Shown here: in pieces, positions 18,902 to 28,925 of the stretch
How the letters are laid out: every line of letters starts with the position of its first letter
Position numbering within the stretch: the first letter of the stretch is position 1
Origin: Candidatus Thorarchaeota archaeon
GTDB taxonomy: Archaea > Asgardarchaeota > Thorarchaeia > Thorarchaeales > Thorarchaeaceae
DNA length: 64,000 nt
NCBI GenBank assembly: GCA_963726195.1
Contig: CAVSBO010000018.1
Location: forward strand, 1-64,000
Reading direction: 5' to 3'
The notes under the pieces: model-generated
What the model was told of the DNA's origin: nothing
The model's input: the letters and a program-made list of their open reading frames with translations, nothing else
Databases searched by the model: none
Made by a program: the position numbers and the translations under genes

Positions 18902-19040
18902 TGGTGGGGACGCAGGGAGTTTCACGAGGTCGTGCAATGCGACCAACGATTTGAACCCTGGATTGACGAGTTTTTTTTCGGATGACCCCATGTTCATCAG
19001 ATTTGGAGCCCGTTGCCTTACCGGCCTAGGCCACGTCCCC
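18902..19040 (-). tRNA. tRNA-Trp(CCA) with two introns (37/38: 18972-19002; 59/60: 18919-18949), CCA encoded
   Basis: GGGGACG/CGTCCCC acceptor, GCCT/AGGC D-stem, ACGGG/CTCGT anticodon stem, CAGGG/CCCTG T-stem; T-loop intron forms a perfect BHB (TTCA/TGAA, bulges AAT and ACT). Confidence 0.92.
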
Positions 19041-19173
19041 AAGTTTGTTCCATCGTAGGACTCGGGGATTCGTTGTTGATTTAATTCTTGTGCTAGACTC
19101 CTTGTTTTCCTTCGCATCTCTTGGAATAATGATAGCATGATAGTAATAAGTGCTGCAAACGTAGGATACAGGC

Positions 19174-19866
19174 ATGAGAAATGCGGGACCAGGTCTTCAG
19201 GGCATCACAGGCATTGACGAGGCCGGCCGGGGACCAATAATAGGTCCGCTTGTCGTCTGCGGTGTACTGATACAGCCTGGGGCCGCGCCGGAACTGCAGC
19301 GTATTGGCGTTCGAGACTCGAAGACCCTTACTCCTAAGCGTCGTACCGAGCTTGCAGAGCAGATTCGATGTATTGTGGATAAAATCAGGTTGGAGCGAAT
19401 CTCTGCTGCTGAGATAGATGATTTCAGAGCAAAGGGCATTACGATGAATGAGATTGAGATCCGAGCATTCGCCTCAATCCTTCGTTCTCTTCGACCAAGC
19501 GAAGCATTCATTGATGCAGCCGATATCAACGCTGAGAGGTTTGGTATTATGGTTGGCGAGAAGAGCGGTCTGGTCTCCTCTGGCTGTAGGATTGTATCGG
19601 AGCACTTCGCAGATTCCACCTACCCAGTTGTTTCCGCAGCATCGATAATCGCCAAGGTTGATCGTGACAGTTGCGTCAGGGAGTTGCAGAAGGAATTCGG
19701 GGCGTTTGGTTCTGGTTATCCGTCGGACCCACAAACGGTTCAGTTTGTTCGCTCATTGATTGCCAGCAAAAGGCCACTACCAGCAATAGTACGAAAGAGC
19801 TGGAAGTCGGTTGAAAGAATCCGGCTGGAGAGCGAAGGCGAGCAGTTGCGGCTGGGGTCAGGCTAG
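19174..19866 (+). CDS. rnhB: Ribonuclease HII
   Basis: GIDEAGRGP, VRDSK.L, VSAASIIAKV, GSGYPSDP. Confidence 0.96.
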   Translation: MRNAGPGLQGITGIDEAGRGPIIGPLVVCGVLIQPGAAPELQRIGVRDSKTLTPKRRTELAEQIRCIVDKIRLERISAAEIDDFRAKGITMNEIEIRAFASILRSLRPSEAFIDAADINAERFGIMVGEKSGLVSSGCRIVSEHFADSTYPVVSAASIIAKVDRDSCVRELQKEFGAFGSGYPSDPQTVQFVRSLIASKRPLPAIVRKSWKSVERIRLESEGEQLRLGSG

Positions 19867-19867
19867 C

Positions 19868-20830
19868 CTATGTTCCCGACCTTTCCTCGATAATCCTTCT
19901 CAGTTCGCTTGGCCTGTCGATTTCGTCGAGTTCCAGCTGTCTGATGACCGGGAGTTCTGAAACCTGCTCATCCGCTTTTCCTTCCTCGACTACTATCATT
20001 GCACTTGATTCCGCGACCTTGGAAACGCTCTTCAGTATCTCAACACGTTTGTGCAGGGTCAAGCTCTTGAGCGAGCCAATTCCTGTCAGAAACGGCGGTC
20101 CTTCTTCCTTTGCGGCAACGTGGAAGGGCGCCCTGTCGGTCCAGAGCACTTTCATACCCAACCTCTCGAAGAACTCGTTCACACGTTTCTCAATATCCGG
20201 AATATCCTTCGGGAGTCTCGGCCGATCCAAGTGTTTACGCCCGATTGGCTTTCTGAGTATGTCTATCGGAATGACGAGATCGGTTTCAAGCACTTTCTCA
20301 AGTCTATCAGCGACATCCGAGCTGACATCCATCTCATCCTTTTCATAGGCAAGGATGGCTCTTGTAGAGACCTCTACACACCCTGCAAGCTGCTCCTTCG
20401 TCATCTTGCGAGAGGTGCGCGCTTCCCTTAGCCTGACTCCATCGATGGCCACAAACCTTCCCCCTCTTTGAACGAACTCTCGAGGAGCTTGTCCATCAGC
20501 CGTCACGCTGTGGAAGCTTGGAGGAGTTACAGTGTACACGCCATATCTCTTGTAGACAGTCCCTTCTTCCAGAACACCCCTGCGAGCTCTTTCGCCGACC
20601 ACTAGCGCGGTAGCATTGAAGAACAGCGCGACCTGCTGCAGAGCAACAGCATCCTCCTTAGTCAACGCATCGATGTTTGAAAGGACCTTTACGAGAATGA
20701 GTCGCCCTCCTCTGCGCGCCACCAAATCGAAGCAGCTAGGTCTTACGTCACACTGCGATGAGAGCTCAAACCCAGCCTCTTCTAGGTTCGTCATAACCTC
20801 ATGCATCAGCTGGTTTCGGGTGACAGTCAT
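19868..20830 (-). CDS. Archaeal HTH transcriptional regulator (COG1395-like)
   Basis: SCFDLVAR...VKVLSNID; Cro/C1 HTH LREAR...LAG..EVS...I.AYE. Confidence 0.85.
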   Translation of the reverse strand: MTVTRNQLMHEVMTNLEEAGFELSSQCDVRPSCFDLVARRGGRLILVKVLSNIDALTKEDAVALQQVALFFNATALVVGERARRGVLEEGTVYKRYGVYTVTPPSFHSVTADGQAPREFVQRGGRFVAIDGVRLREARTSRKMTKEQLAGCVEVSTRAILAYEKDEMDVSSDVADRLEKVLETDLVIPIDILRKPIGRKHLDRPRLPKDIPDIEKRVNEFFERLGMKVLWTDRAPFHVAAKEEGPPFLTGIGSLKSLTLHKRVEILKSVSKVAESSAMIVVEEGKADEQVSELPVIRQLELDEIDRPSELRRIIEERSGT

Positions 20831-20923
20831 CGTCAGTGCCTTAATTGAACTCGTTACGAACATATTTCAGGATTGCTAAACATGAAAGTTCTTGCAGCGA
20901 TTGACAGTGAATCCATCGTCGAA

Positions 20924-21370
20924 TCACTCGTTCTCTGCGGCCAATGTAAACCCGATGCATGTCGTTGATGGCATCTTCTTTCTAAGCAACTGTACTTCCG
21001 GCCGGGCCAAGGTATCGATAGGCTTCCACGTCCTGATACCACTCCATGGTAGGTCTACCTGTCCTACGACCATTCTTCGTACTAGGAACAACTCGGCTTT
21101 TCCGCCTGCTATCGTGAACATACCTGGTCCCAAGTCGAGCCTTCGAAGGATCACTATTGGGAGCCTCAGTTCGCTTTGATATTCGAATGGGACCTCCTTT
21201 GAAAGCATTTCAATCTCCTCCTTTCGGAGGGAAGAGCTTTCTCCATTTCGTGTAACATAACACGGTGTTTCGCTTGCAATGAGTTCAGACAGTATCACAG
21301 TTGCGCTAGGCAGATGGTTGTTCACCTCATCTATTTCCCGCTTGATTGTTCTCTCAAGCAGACCGGTCAC
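20924..21370 (-). CDS. DUF61 family protein
   Basis: EIDEVNNHLP...LSEL, LRLPIVI; downstream of fibrillarin. Confidence 0.75.
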   Translation of the reverse strand: MTGLLERTIKREIDEVNNHLPSATVILSELIASETPCYVTRNGESSSLRKEEIEMLSKEVPFEYQSELRLPIVILRRLDLGPGMFTIAGGKAELFLVRRMVVGQVDLPWSGIRTWKPIDTLARPEVQLLRKKMPSTTCIGFTLAAENE

Positions 21371-22062
21371 TTCATGTCCTCCCTAACGCGGCAAACTGCG
21401 AAAACATGGTCTCTATCAAAGGGCTCAAGATCGATTCTCTCGATGACCTCAAGTCCGAGTTGGTCGAGTTTGGAGATTTCTCTGCTGTAGATTTGACGCA
21501 CGTCTAGAGTCGAATCTATGCTACGTGCCTTAATCGCAATCATGGCCCAGGCTCCGTACGAACAGAAAGCGGCGACGTTGTCATGGAGAATTCTCGCCTG
21601 ATCTGGTTGTGCAACGTCTTGGTATACGATGTCGACCTGACCTGAGACAATCGAAGCATATCGGGCAGGATGCCTAGCATCATTAACGATTGGCATAATG
21701 TTACTACGTGAGGCGGCGAGCCGTATCAAGGCCCTTGCGATTGTAGGAGAGAACTCGACTGCGTAGACAACTCCTTTCCGTCCTACTATGTCTGAGACAT
21801 GGCTCACTGTCGTCCCTGATGACGCTCCTAGATACAGAACCGTTGATCCGGGCTGGATTGGCATTTCATTGAGACCATTCTGAATAGCAGCACAGAGTTT
21901 CGATCTCTTCGCAGACCATACCCTGAACTCCCCCTGCTCATCTCTAATGATTCTCTCCCCGTACACACTTTGATTTGGGACAAGACTGCGCGTGGCAAGG
22001 GCTGTCCTCCCATTCTCTATGACATTAAAGACCCCGGAGAATCTGTGCGGTTCTACACTCAC
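21367..22062 (-). CDS. flpA: Fibrillarin (box C/D 2'-O-methyltransferase)
   Basis: VYGER, RSKL.AAI, VLYLGASSGTTVSHVSD, YQDVAQPDQ, IKARSID. Confidence 0.97.
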   Translation of the reverse strand: MSVEPHRFSGVFNVIENGRTALATRSLVPNQSVYGERIIRDEQGEFRVWSAKRSKLCAAIQNGLNEMPIQPGSTVLYLGASSGTTVSHVSDIVGRKGVVYAVEFSPTIARALIRLAASRSNIMPIVNDARHPARYASIVSGQVDIVYQDVAQPDQARILHDNVAAFCSYGAWAMIAIKARSIDSTLDVRQIYSREISKLDQLGLEVIERIDLEPFDRDHVFAVCRVREDMK

Positions 22063-23319
22063 TACCTGCGTCCTCCACGCCTTCTCTCCGTCTTGCGCTG
22101 GCTCGGTCCGGAAGGTCGTGCCCTAGGCGGCCTGCTGCTTTTCTTTTCGGGAGGTGCCTTCTCGGGTGCGACAGGGTTCTGTTTCCGTATTTCTTCAACT
22201 CTCTTTTCGAATGCGTTTCTCAAATCCTCTCCCGCATCCCTACCTGAGTAAGCGTCAATCTTGGCCGCAATAGCCAGCTTTCCAGCTAATGCCCTCGCGA
22301 TCTTTCCTCTCTGCCAATATGGCGCAGAGTAGATCTCGGGAACTTGATATATGACTCCGTGCTTTGGTGGGTCGGTTCCAGTTTTTAGACTTCGGAACAG
22401 GGCTCTTTCTGCACCGTAGACTTGGACTGTACTCGAAGGTCTGGAAGCCAAGTCTTTGAGAGAGCCCGCCAAGTCTGATTAAGCGAGCTCCCACTATTGG
22501 ACCTACGAGGGTCGTTATGTTCGGAGCCACAGTGTGCATCACGGATGCGACATAATCCTCAAGTTCCTTCCTAAGCTTGTAGAGACCCTCAACGGTCTCA
22601 GCAAGGCGGCCAACTATCATCAAGTCCGCTTCTTGGAAGTCTGCCCCGACATCTTCGTCGAGACCATCAATAACCGACTGAATCAAGGAATCCGGCAAGC
22701 CCGCTGACCTGAGTCGGTCTTCATCAACCTGGCTTTTTCCTTTGCAGGCAATCACCACACGAACGAACTGCTCTTGGTCTTCCACTAATTTGCTAAGCGA
22801 GCTGTGGTGTAGCGAATACCATTCTCTCAATCGCATTACAGCCACATTGATTGATTTGTCGATTTCTCCAATGGCATCGATTGCATGCTTGACCAGAAGG
22901 TCTCTTGCTTCGCTCGCTGTACTTACGTTGGACTTGGCGAGAATCAGCGCTACTGCACGTTTGAATGATGTTGCTCTCTCTTCCGATTCGACAAGTCTCG
23001 TGTCTAGAAGATGCTTCTCCAAACCCGTTCTAAACCACTTAACAACAGGCGACGACTGCTCAACTTGGACCGGTATCTTGGTCAGTGTTGAGATTGCTCG
23101 TGCTGTTGCTGAGCTTTCAACAACCACAGTATCGGTGTCAGATTCTTGGATTTCCTTCATTGCTTGCCTGAGACTGGGGGTTGCCTTGCCCTCGTTTGCA
23201 GTGGATATTTCGGAAGCAGAGACATCGACGTCTGGATAGGTAAGGTACTCTGCAATCACCGTTCCATTTGTGTCAAGCACAAAGGCGCCAAAGGCTGTGA
23301 GGGCGAGATAGACCGGCAT
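22062..23319 (-). CDS. nop5: Nop5/Nop56-58; apparent frameshift near 22474
   Basis: [23 protein letters not shown] then (next frame) [43 protein letters not shown]. Confidence 0.93.
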
Positions 23320-23448
23320 ATCACATCATCTGCTTGGCTTGGCGCATCGCATCATCATAAGGTTGACTGTCCAAATCCAATCCTTGCCATGTCATGTGCC
23401 ATTTAGTCTATTACTGCTCCCCAGCTAGTCCCACTTGACGGGATTCGA

Positions 23449-24319
23449 TTGAAGCTTGAAGGGTATTGGCTGGCGTCAGGAATCCTTGGAGTCACGGGTT
23501 CCATCATGCGTCGAGTGATTAATGCTGGGGCGGATGCAGTCGTAACCAAGTCGATTGGCCCGCATCCAAGGAAAGGGAATCCCGGACCAGTCCTAACCGC
23601 GTCACATGGAGGTCTGTTGAACGCCGTTGGTCTGACTAATCCGGGGATTGACCATTTTAGCGAAGAGATGGAATCAATGAAGAGGTCGGGTGTCCCTGTT
23701 GTCCTCAGCATTTTCGGAACCACCATTGAAGAGCTCGTGGATGTGGCCCGGAAGGGCCTGAGCATGGGCCCTGATGCTATCGAGCTGAATCTATCCTGCC
23801 CACATGCAGAAATCGGTCAGATATCACTCGACCCTCGTCTGACATACGATTTTGTCCACGCAGCACGGGAGGTGGTGGATTGCCCGTTGCTGGCCAAGAT
23901 CACACCAAACGCATCAGATGTAGTTTCCATAGGACAAGCTGCAGAACGCGCCGGGGCTGACGCCGTTGTTGCCATCAACACGGTCAAAGCAATGAGAATC
24001 GACATCTATCAAAGACGGCCAGTTCTTTCCAACAAGGTAGGCGGCCTGTCGGGTCCCCCGATATTCCCGATAGCTGTCCGATGTGTCTACGACCTGTACA
24101 GCAAGTCTGTCAATCCCTATCATAGGTGCGGGGGGCGTGGCCACGTGGGAAGATGCAATTGAGATGCACTTGGCCGGGGCAAGAGCGATTGAGATAGGAA
24201 CTGCTGTTCTTCAGGGCATTGACACCTTCAGGCAAATCAAAGAAGGGGTTCAAGCCTATCTCAGAGAGCAGGGGTTCACTGACGTATCTGAAATCATAGG
24301 TATTGCAGGGAGGACCTGA
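23449..24319 (+). CDS. pyrD: Dihydroorotate dehydrogenase catalytic subunit; apparent frameshift near 24106
   Basis: LASG, VTKS, NAVGLTNPG, ELNLSCPH, INT, GGLSG; IPIIGAGGV in the second frame. Confidence 0.93.
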
Positions 24320-24321
24320 GG

Positions 24322-25146
24322 ATGAATATAGAGCAGCTCATGGGAAGTCCGCAATCTGTGCGCGTGAGCAGAATTGTCCGTGACAATGAACGAGTCAGAA
24401 CGCTAATCTTCCCTCTGCGACAGCAAGACGAGAATATTCAACCTGGTCAGTTCCTTATGGTTTGGGTCCCCGGAGTGGATGAAATCCCCATGAGCGTATC
24501 TATATGGAATCCTCCGAACATTGGAATAACAGTCCTTCCAGTGGGAGAAGCAACTCAAGCGCTTGTCTCAGTGACAGAGGGTCAATGGTTGGGAATCAGA
24601 GGACCGTTTGGAAGCCACTTTGATTTCCAGCCCGGGAGAGCGCTTGTAGTTGGAGGAGGAATAGGAATGGCACCGCTCAGGTTCCTTGTTTATCGACTTC
24701 GCGAGGTCGGTGCAGATGTGACTTTGCTAGTGGCTGCGCGAACTGCGAAGGATTTGGTCTTTGTCAATGAATTCAACAAACTAGCAGGTAAGAAGTTTCG
24801 TGTGAAAACAGCGACAGATGACGGGTCTTCTGGCTTCAAGGGCTTGGCAACAGATGCAACAGAGGATTTCCTTAGGGGCGCCAGCTTCGATCTCATGTAC
24901 ACGTGTGGCCCGGAGAAAATGATGGCTGGACTTTACAGAATAGCTAATCAACGCGGGATACGATTCCAAGCCTCTCTTGAGCGATTCATGAAGTGCGGGT
25001 GTGGGATTTGTGGGTCATGTGCATTGGACCCAACTGGTGAGCTTGTGTGTCTGGATGGCCCGGTGTTTACTGGAGAGAGATTGTCGCAGCTCAGCGAGTT
25101 TGGCAAGTATTGCAGGGATTCCACTGGAGCAAAGACGGACCTGTAA
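24322..25146 (+). CDS. pyrK: Dihydroorotate dehydrogenase electron transfer subunit
   Basis: PGQFLMVW, RGPFG, GGGIG.AP, CGPE.MM, MKCGCGICGSC...VCLDGPVF. Confidence 0.95.
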   Translation: MNIEQLMGSPQSVRVSRIVRDNERVRTLIFPLRQQDENIQPGQFLMVWVPGVDEIPMSVSIWNPPNIGITVLPVGEATQALVSVTEGQWLGIRGPFGSHFDFQPGRALVVGGGIGMAPLRFLVYRLREVGADVTLLVAARTAKDLVFVNEFNKLAGKKFRVKTATDDGSSGFKGLATDATEDFLRGASFDLMYTCGPEKMMAGLYRIANQRGIRFQASLERFMKCGCGICGSCALDPTGELVCLDGPVFTGERLSQLSEFGKYCRDSTGAKTDL

Positions 25147-25175
25147 TCAGAAAGCCAGTCAGCTACACAAAGCCT

Positions 25176-25355
25176 CTATCTACGTTCCATACTCTGCGCT
25201 CTGACACCCACAGGTCGGCCGCGAATGAATCGCTTGACGTAGTTATTCTTGTTTCTCATTCGCGGGATTGGGGTATGCCGCTCTCGAGCCTGGACCTTTG
25301 GAGTCGCCTCTCGGACTTTTCCTGCCTTTGTTAGTGAACCGTGTGAACCAGGCAT
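25176..25355 (-). CDS. rps30e: 30S ribosomal protein S30e (59 aa, below the ORF-track cutoff)
   Basis: Manual translation MPGSHGSLTKAGKVREATPKVQARERHTPIPRMRNKNNYVKRF... Confidence 0.93.
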   Translation of the reverse strand: MPGSHGSLTKAGKVREATPKVQARERHTPIPRMRNKNNYVKRFIRGRPVGVRAQSMERR

Positions 25356-25505
25356 TCGCAGCTTCCTCTCTTCGAGTTTGAATCATAATCGTCGGGCTGC
25401 TCATAAAAAGCTATCCAATCGGCACCACTCGTTTCATTGCGCTCGAGGTGATGGAAGGAGCGCATCGCTTAGTATTAATGCCCACTGGAGGTCAGCTATG
25501 GGACA

Positions 25506-27111
25506 ATGTCTGACACAGACGAAGACCTCGGTCTCCGAAGAGAGATCATAGAAGCATTGCTTAGCTCAGAAGACTTTCTCGACAAACAGGCTATCAATCG
25601 CATCAAGAACCACGTTTGTGCAAAGTACCGGCGACCTGATATTCCGTCTAATGCTGACATACTTGAGGCCGCTCTGCCCGAAGAACTTGAACTGCTCACG
25701 CGACTGCTGCAAAAGCGTCCTGTGCGGACAGTCTCAGGTGTCGCTGTCGTTGCCGTGATGACCAGTCCTCGCCCCTGTCCTCACGGAAAATGCGCATATT
25801 GTCCCGGAGGACCAGAGAGTGGCGTCCCCCAAAGCTATACCGGCTTTGAACCAGCCACAATGAGGGGCCTACAGAATGATTTTGACCCGTACAGGCAAGT
25901 GGAGAGTAGACTGAGACAACTGAGAGCGACCGGGCATTCTGTCAACAAGACAGAGCTAATTGTCATGGGTGGAGACTGGTGCTCGAAGGATCAGAGCTAT
26001 CGAGAGTGTTTCGTCAAGGGGTGTCTTGATGCAATGAATGGCGGGATTAGTGAAAACATCGAAGCCGCCAAGACTCTCAATGAGGTCTCTCAAGTCAGAA
26101 ATGTGGGCATGACATTTGAGACACGGCCAGACATGATTACTACTGAATCTGTAGATGACATGTTGAGGATGGGTGCAACCCGGGTTGAAATCGGGGTTCA
26201 GAGTCTTTCTGATTCAATCCTCAAGCTTGTCGAAAGAGGCCATGATGTTGCTGCTACGGCTCGCGCGACAAAACTGCTCAGAGACTCTGGGCTGAAGGTG
26301 TGCTATCATATCATGCCCGGCCTGCCCGACACCACACCTGAAGATGACTTGGCCGGATTTGAACAGCTGTTCTCTGACTCTCGATTTCGTCCCGACATGC
26401 TGAAAATCTATCCGACATTGGTCATCAAAGGAACGAAGCTCCATGACTGGTGGGTGAAAGGTCAGCTACATTCCCTACGAAACAGAATCGACAGTGGACT
26501 TGCTGGCCCAAGCCATCAGCAAGATGCCTGAGTACGTTCGGATTCAGCGCATGCAGAGGGACATACCCCTTCACAAGATTGAAGCAGGACTGACGAAGGG
26601 AAACCTACGGGAACTTGTACATCAGAAGATGGAGGTTCTGGGTCTCAGGGACCGAACAATAAGATTCAGGGAAATCGGTCACTATGAGATGAGAACTGGG
26701 CAGAAAGTCAGCGCTGATCAATTGCAGACAGTCCGCCGGGACTATGAAGCATCAGATGGAACTGAAACTTTCCTGTCATTCGAAGAACCTGCTGCCGACG
26801 TGATTTGCGGCTTCCTCAGGCTTCGCAAGCCTAGCCGAGAGGCGCAACGACCTGAGTTAGCCCGGGGTCGAACTGCGATCATCCGTGAGCTACGTGTCTA
26901 TGGTCCCGTTGTTGATGTTGGAAAGAGGAAACCCGGGGCTTGGCAGCATTTAGGCTTGGGAGAGAAGCTCGTCTCTGCAGCTGAGAGAGTGGCCAGAAAG
27001 GATTACCATGCAGACCGACTGCTGGTCAATAGTGGGCTTGGCGTCAAGCAATACTATAGAAACCTTGGTTTCACGGATACTGGTCCATACTTGGTCAAGG
27101 TTCTGCGTTGA
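25506..27111 (+). CDS. elp3: Elp3 tRNA wobble-uridine acetyltransferase (radical SAM + KAT); apparent frameshift near 26463
   Basis: RTVSGVAVVAVM, CPHGKCAYCPGG, PQSYTG.EP, ETRPD, LKIYP; RIQR.QRDIP, RELRVYG, QHLGLG in the second frame. Confidence 0.95.
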
Positions 27112-27161
27112 GATCGTCTTCAGTAATTCATCTGCGTACATGGATTCACAAGAAAGGAGTA

Positions 27162-27304
27162 TGGCGCCGAGGAGGAGATTGATTCGGTCATGACGAAATG
27201 TCAGGACCTTTGAACTCCTGAGAGCAGAGCTCACCGGTTCTCAGGACCGGCGCCTGGAGACTAGCGTGTTTCAAGCGCATTTATCCGGGCTTGGCTACCT
27301 CGGC
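27162..27304 (-). tRNA. tRNA-Ser(TGA) with two non-canonical introns (21/22: 27256-27280; 58/59: 27180-27209), CCA encoded
   Basis: GCCGAGG/CCTCGGC acceptor, G73, CCGGT/ACCGG anticodon stem, GAGC/GCTC variable arm, AGGAG/CTCCT T-stem; both introns fold into BHB motifs. Confidence 0.9.
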
Positions 27305-27395
27305 CCACCTGCAGGTTTTCTCCTGTAAGACGACCCCCCGTTGGAAACTGCTTTTAAGCTTCTTGGACTGCCCGATAGGGAAGGAGCGATTCTGG

Positions 27396-27827
27396 TTGAA
27401 GCATGGCTTCAGATACCATGGGCACACGTCCGATATCACTATTGAATGCTGGGCCCCCACTCTTGAGAAGGCATTCGAAGAGGCCGCCTTGGCAACCTTT
27501 GAGGTGATGGTCGACACGGCTCTTGTGAGACCTACTGAGTCGGTGGAAGTGAGCGTCGGAGGAATCGATATGAAAGAGCTACTTCTTTCATGGATTGGAC
27601 GGCTTATAGCTCTTGTGGACATCAATCAGCAGTTCTACTCGAAGTTTGAAGTCAAAGAAATCTCGGGAGTGCCTGAAGGATTCTCGCTGAATGGCAACGT
27701 GTGGGGCGAAACGATAGATTTCGAAAGACACAAGCCGCGAACCGGAGTGAAAGCTATGACGTATGCTGACATGAAGATCGAGCAGTCAATCACAAAGTCA
27801 ACACTATGGTTCACGCTAGATTTGTAG
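27396..27827 (+). CDS. Archease (RtcB tRNA-ligase cofactor)
   Basis: FRYHGHTSDI.IE..A.TLE.AFEEAA, VKAMTY, TLDL; TTG start after AAGGAG. Confidence 0.92.
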   Translation: MKHGFRYHGHTSDITIECWAPTLEKAFEEAALATFEVMVDTALVRPTESVEVSVGGIDMKELLLSWIGRLIALVDINQQFYSKFEVKEISGVPEGFSLNGNVWGETIDFERHKPRTGVKAMTYADMKIEQSITKSTLWFTLDL

Positions 27828-27844
27828 GATAGGAGGTTCCAAGG

Positions 27845-28768
27845 ATGGGGCTTGTTGTCGCGATTCCGGACACATCACTTGCAGGTTGCTCCGACTTGCG
27901 TGAGAAGACGTTGAAGGCGGGCATTCTCGCGCGTGCTTTCGCAGTTTTCAGAGTTGACAAGGTGGTCATCTTCAGTTCTCCACTGGTTCATGACAATCAG
28001 AAAACAGATGCTGACCTGCTCTTTAGATTGCTCAAGTACATGGACACACCCCAGTATTTACGCAAGAAGCTCTTCCCGCAAACTCCTTGGCTGAGGTATG
28101 CTGGGCTTCTGCCTCCTCTCAGAACACGCAGCCACCCGCTCAATGCGAAGGTTTCTGGCCTCGTTAAGGGAGAGTTCAGATGGGGTGTTCCTGTTGCCAC
28201 AGGCAAGGTGGACATGGGTCTTGAGAGACCTTTGGATTATCCTGCTCCTTTGAACGAAAGAGAACCGACTCTCTTTAGAATCGCAGAGCTGCACCCGCGC
28301 ATACTGCTTGAGGTTATTCAGCGAGGCGATGCAGACGTGTACTGGGGTTTTGATGTACAATCCATTGAGAATCTCGTTCAATATCTAAGAGGCTCCGAAC
28401 ATACAACACGCATTGCTTTTTCGCGGATGGGTGAGCCGTTTGAGACTCTTCAAGCTGAAATCCAGTCCAGTGTCACAAGGACCGGAAGTGTGATTGCGCT
28501 ATTTGGAGGCCCATATCAAGGACTGCATGAAATCTTTGCTGATAGGCTCAAGTCGCTTGAGTCCTATACTGAGTTCTGGGTCAACACGATACCTGACCAA
28601 GGAACAGAGACGGTGCGTTTGGAAGAAGCACTATTCGCTAGCTTGGCTTTGGTGAATACTTCTGTGGGTTCACTGATATCGAAACCGGGTTTTCATAGAG
28701 AAACGCGGCGAGGAGACCCCCGACTTCAGTCGGGGGAGGAGACGCCGCCGCGGGATATACGAGTTTAA
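27845..28768 (+). CDS. SPOUT-family RNA methyltransferase (DUF171/SPOUT1-like); last 24 codons supplied by an inserted mini-IS
   Basis: LARAFAVFRVD, TPQYLRK.LF, YAGLLPPLRT..H, NTIPDQGTETVRLEEA; conserved position upstream of rpl3. Confidence 0.9.
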   Translation: MGLVVAIPDTSLAGCSDLREKTLKAGILARAFAVFRVDKVVIFSSPLVHDNQKTDADLLFRLLKYMDTPQYLRKKLFPQTPWLRYAGLLPPLRTRSHPLNAKVSGLVKGEFRWGVPVATGKVDMGLERPLDYPAPLNEREPTLFRIAELHPRILLEVIQRGDADVYWGFDVQSIENLVQYLRGSEHTTRIAFSRMGEPFETLQAEIQSSVTRTGSVIALFGGPYQGLHEIFADRLKSLESYTEFWVNTIPDQGTETVRLEEALFASLALVNTSVGSLISKPGFHRETRRGDPRLQSGEETPPRDIRV

Positions 28769-28925
28769 ATGTGAGCTTGAAAAGTGAAGGATCGTGTCCG
28801 ACCATGGCAATGCTGTGGTCGGGAGGGCGAAAGTCAACCGCCCGAATGTCGCGCGAAATGACGAAGTGGAGTTCCTACCTCGGATCGCAGTGGCAAGCCC
28901 ACGACCTTAGTCGCGGGTAGTTGAC
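28697..28925 (+). mobile_element. 229-bp non-autonomous IS200/IS605 miniature element (PATE-like)
   Basis: LE hairpin CCCCCGAC-TTCA-GTCGGGGG (28717-28736), RE hairpin CCCACGAC-CTTA-GTCGCGGG (28898-28917) followed by TAGTTGAC; guides GAGA and CAAG predict cleavage sites TCAT and TGAC, both present; removal gives CAT GTC TGA. Confidence 0.88.

Noticed and set aside
18812-19138. Short ORFs overlapping RNA genes (also 37729-37911, 40759-41045, 26950-27234)
   Set aside because: Explained by tRNA genes; no protein-like features.
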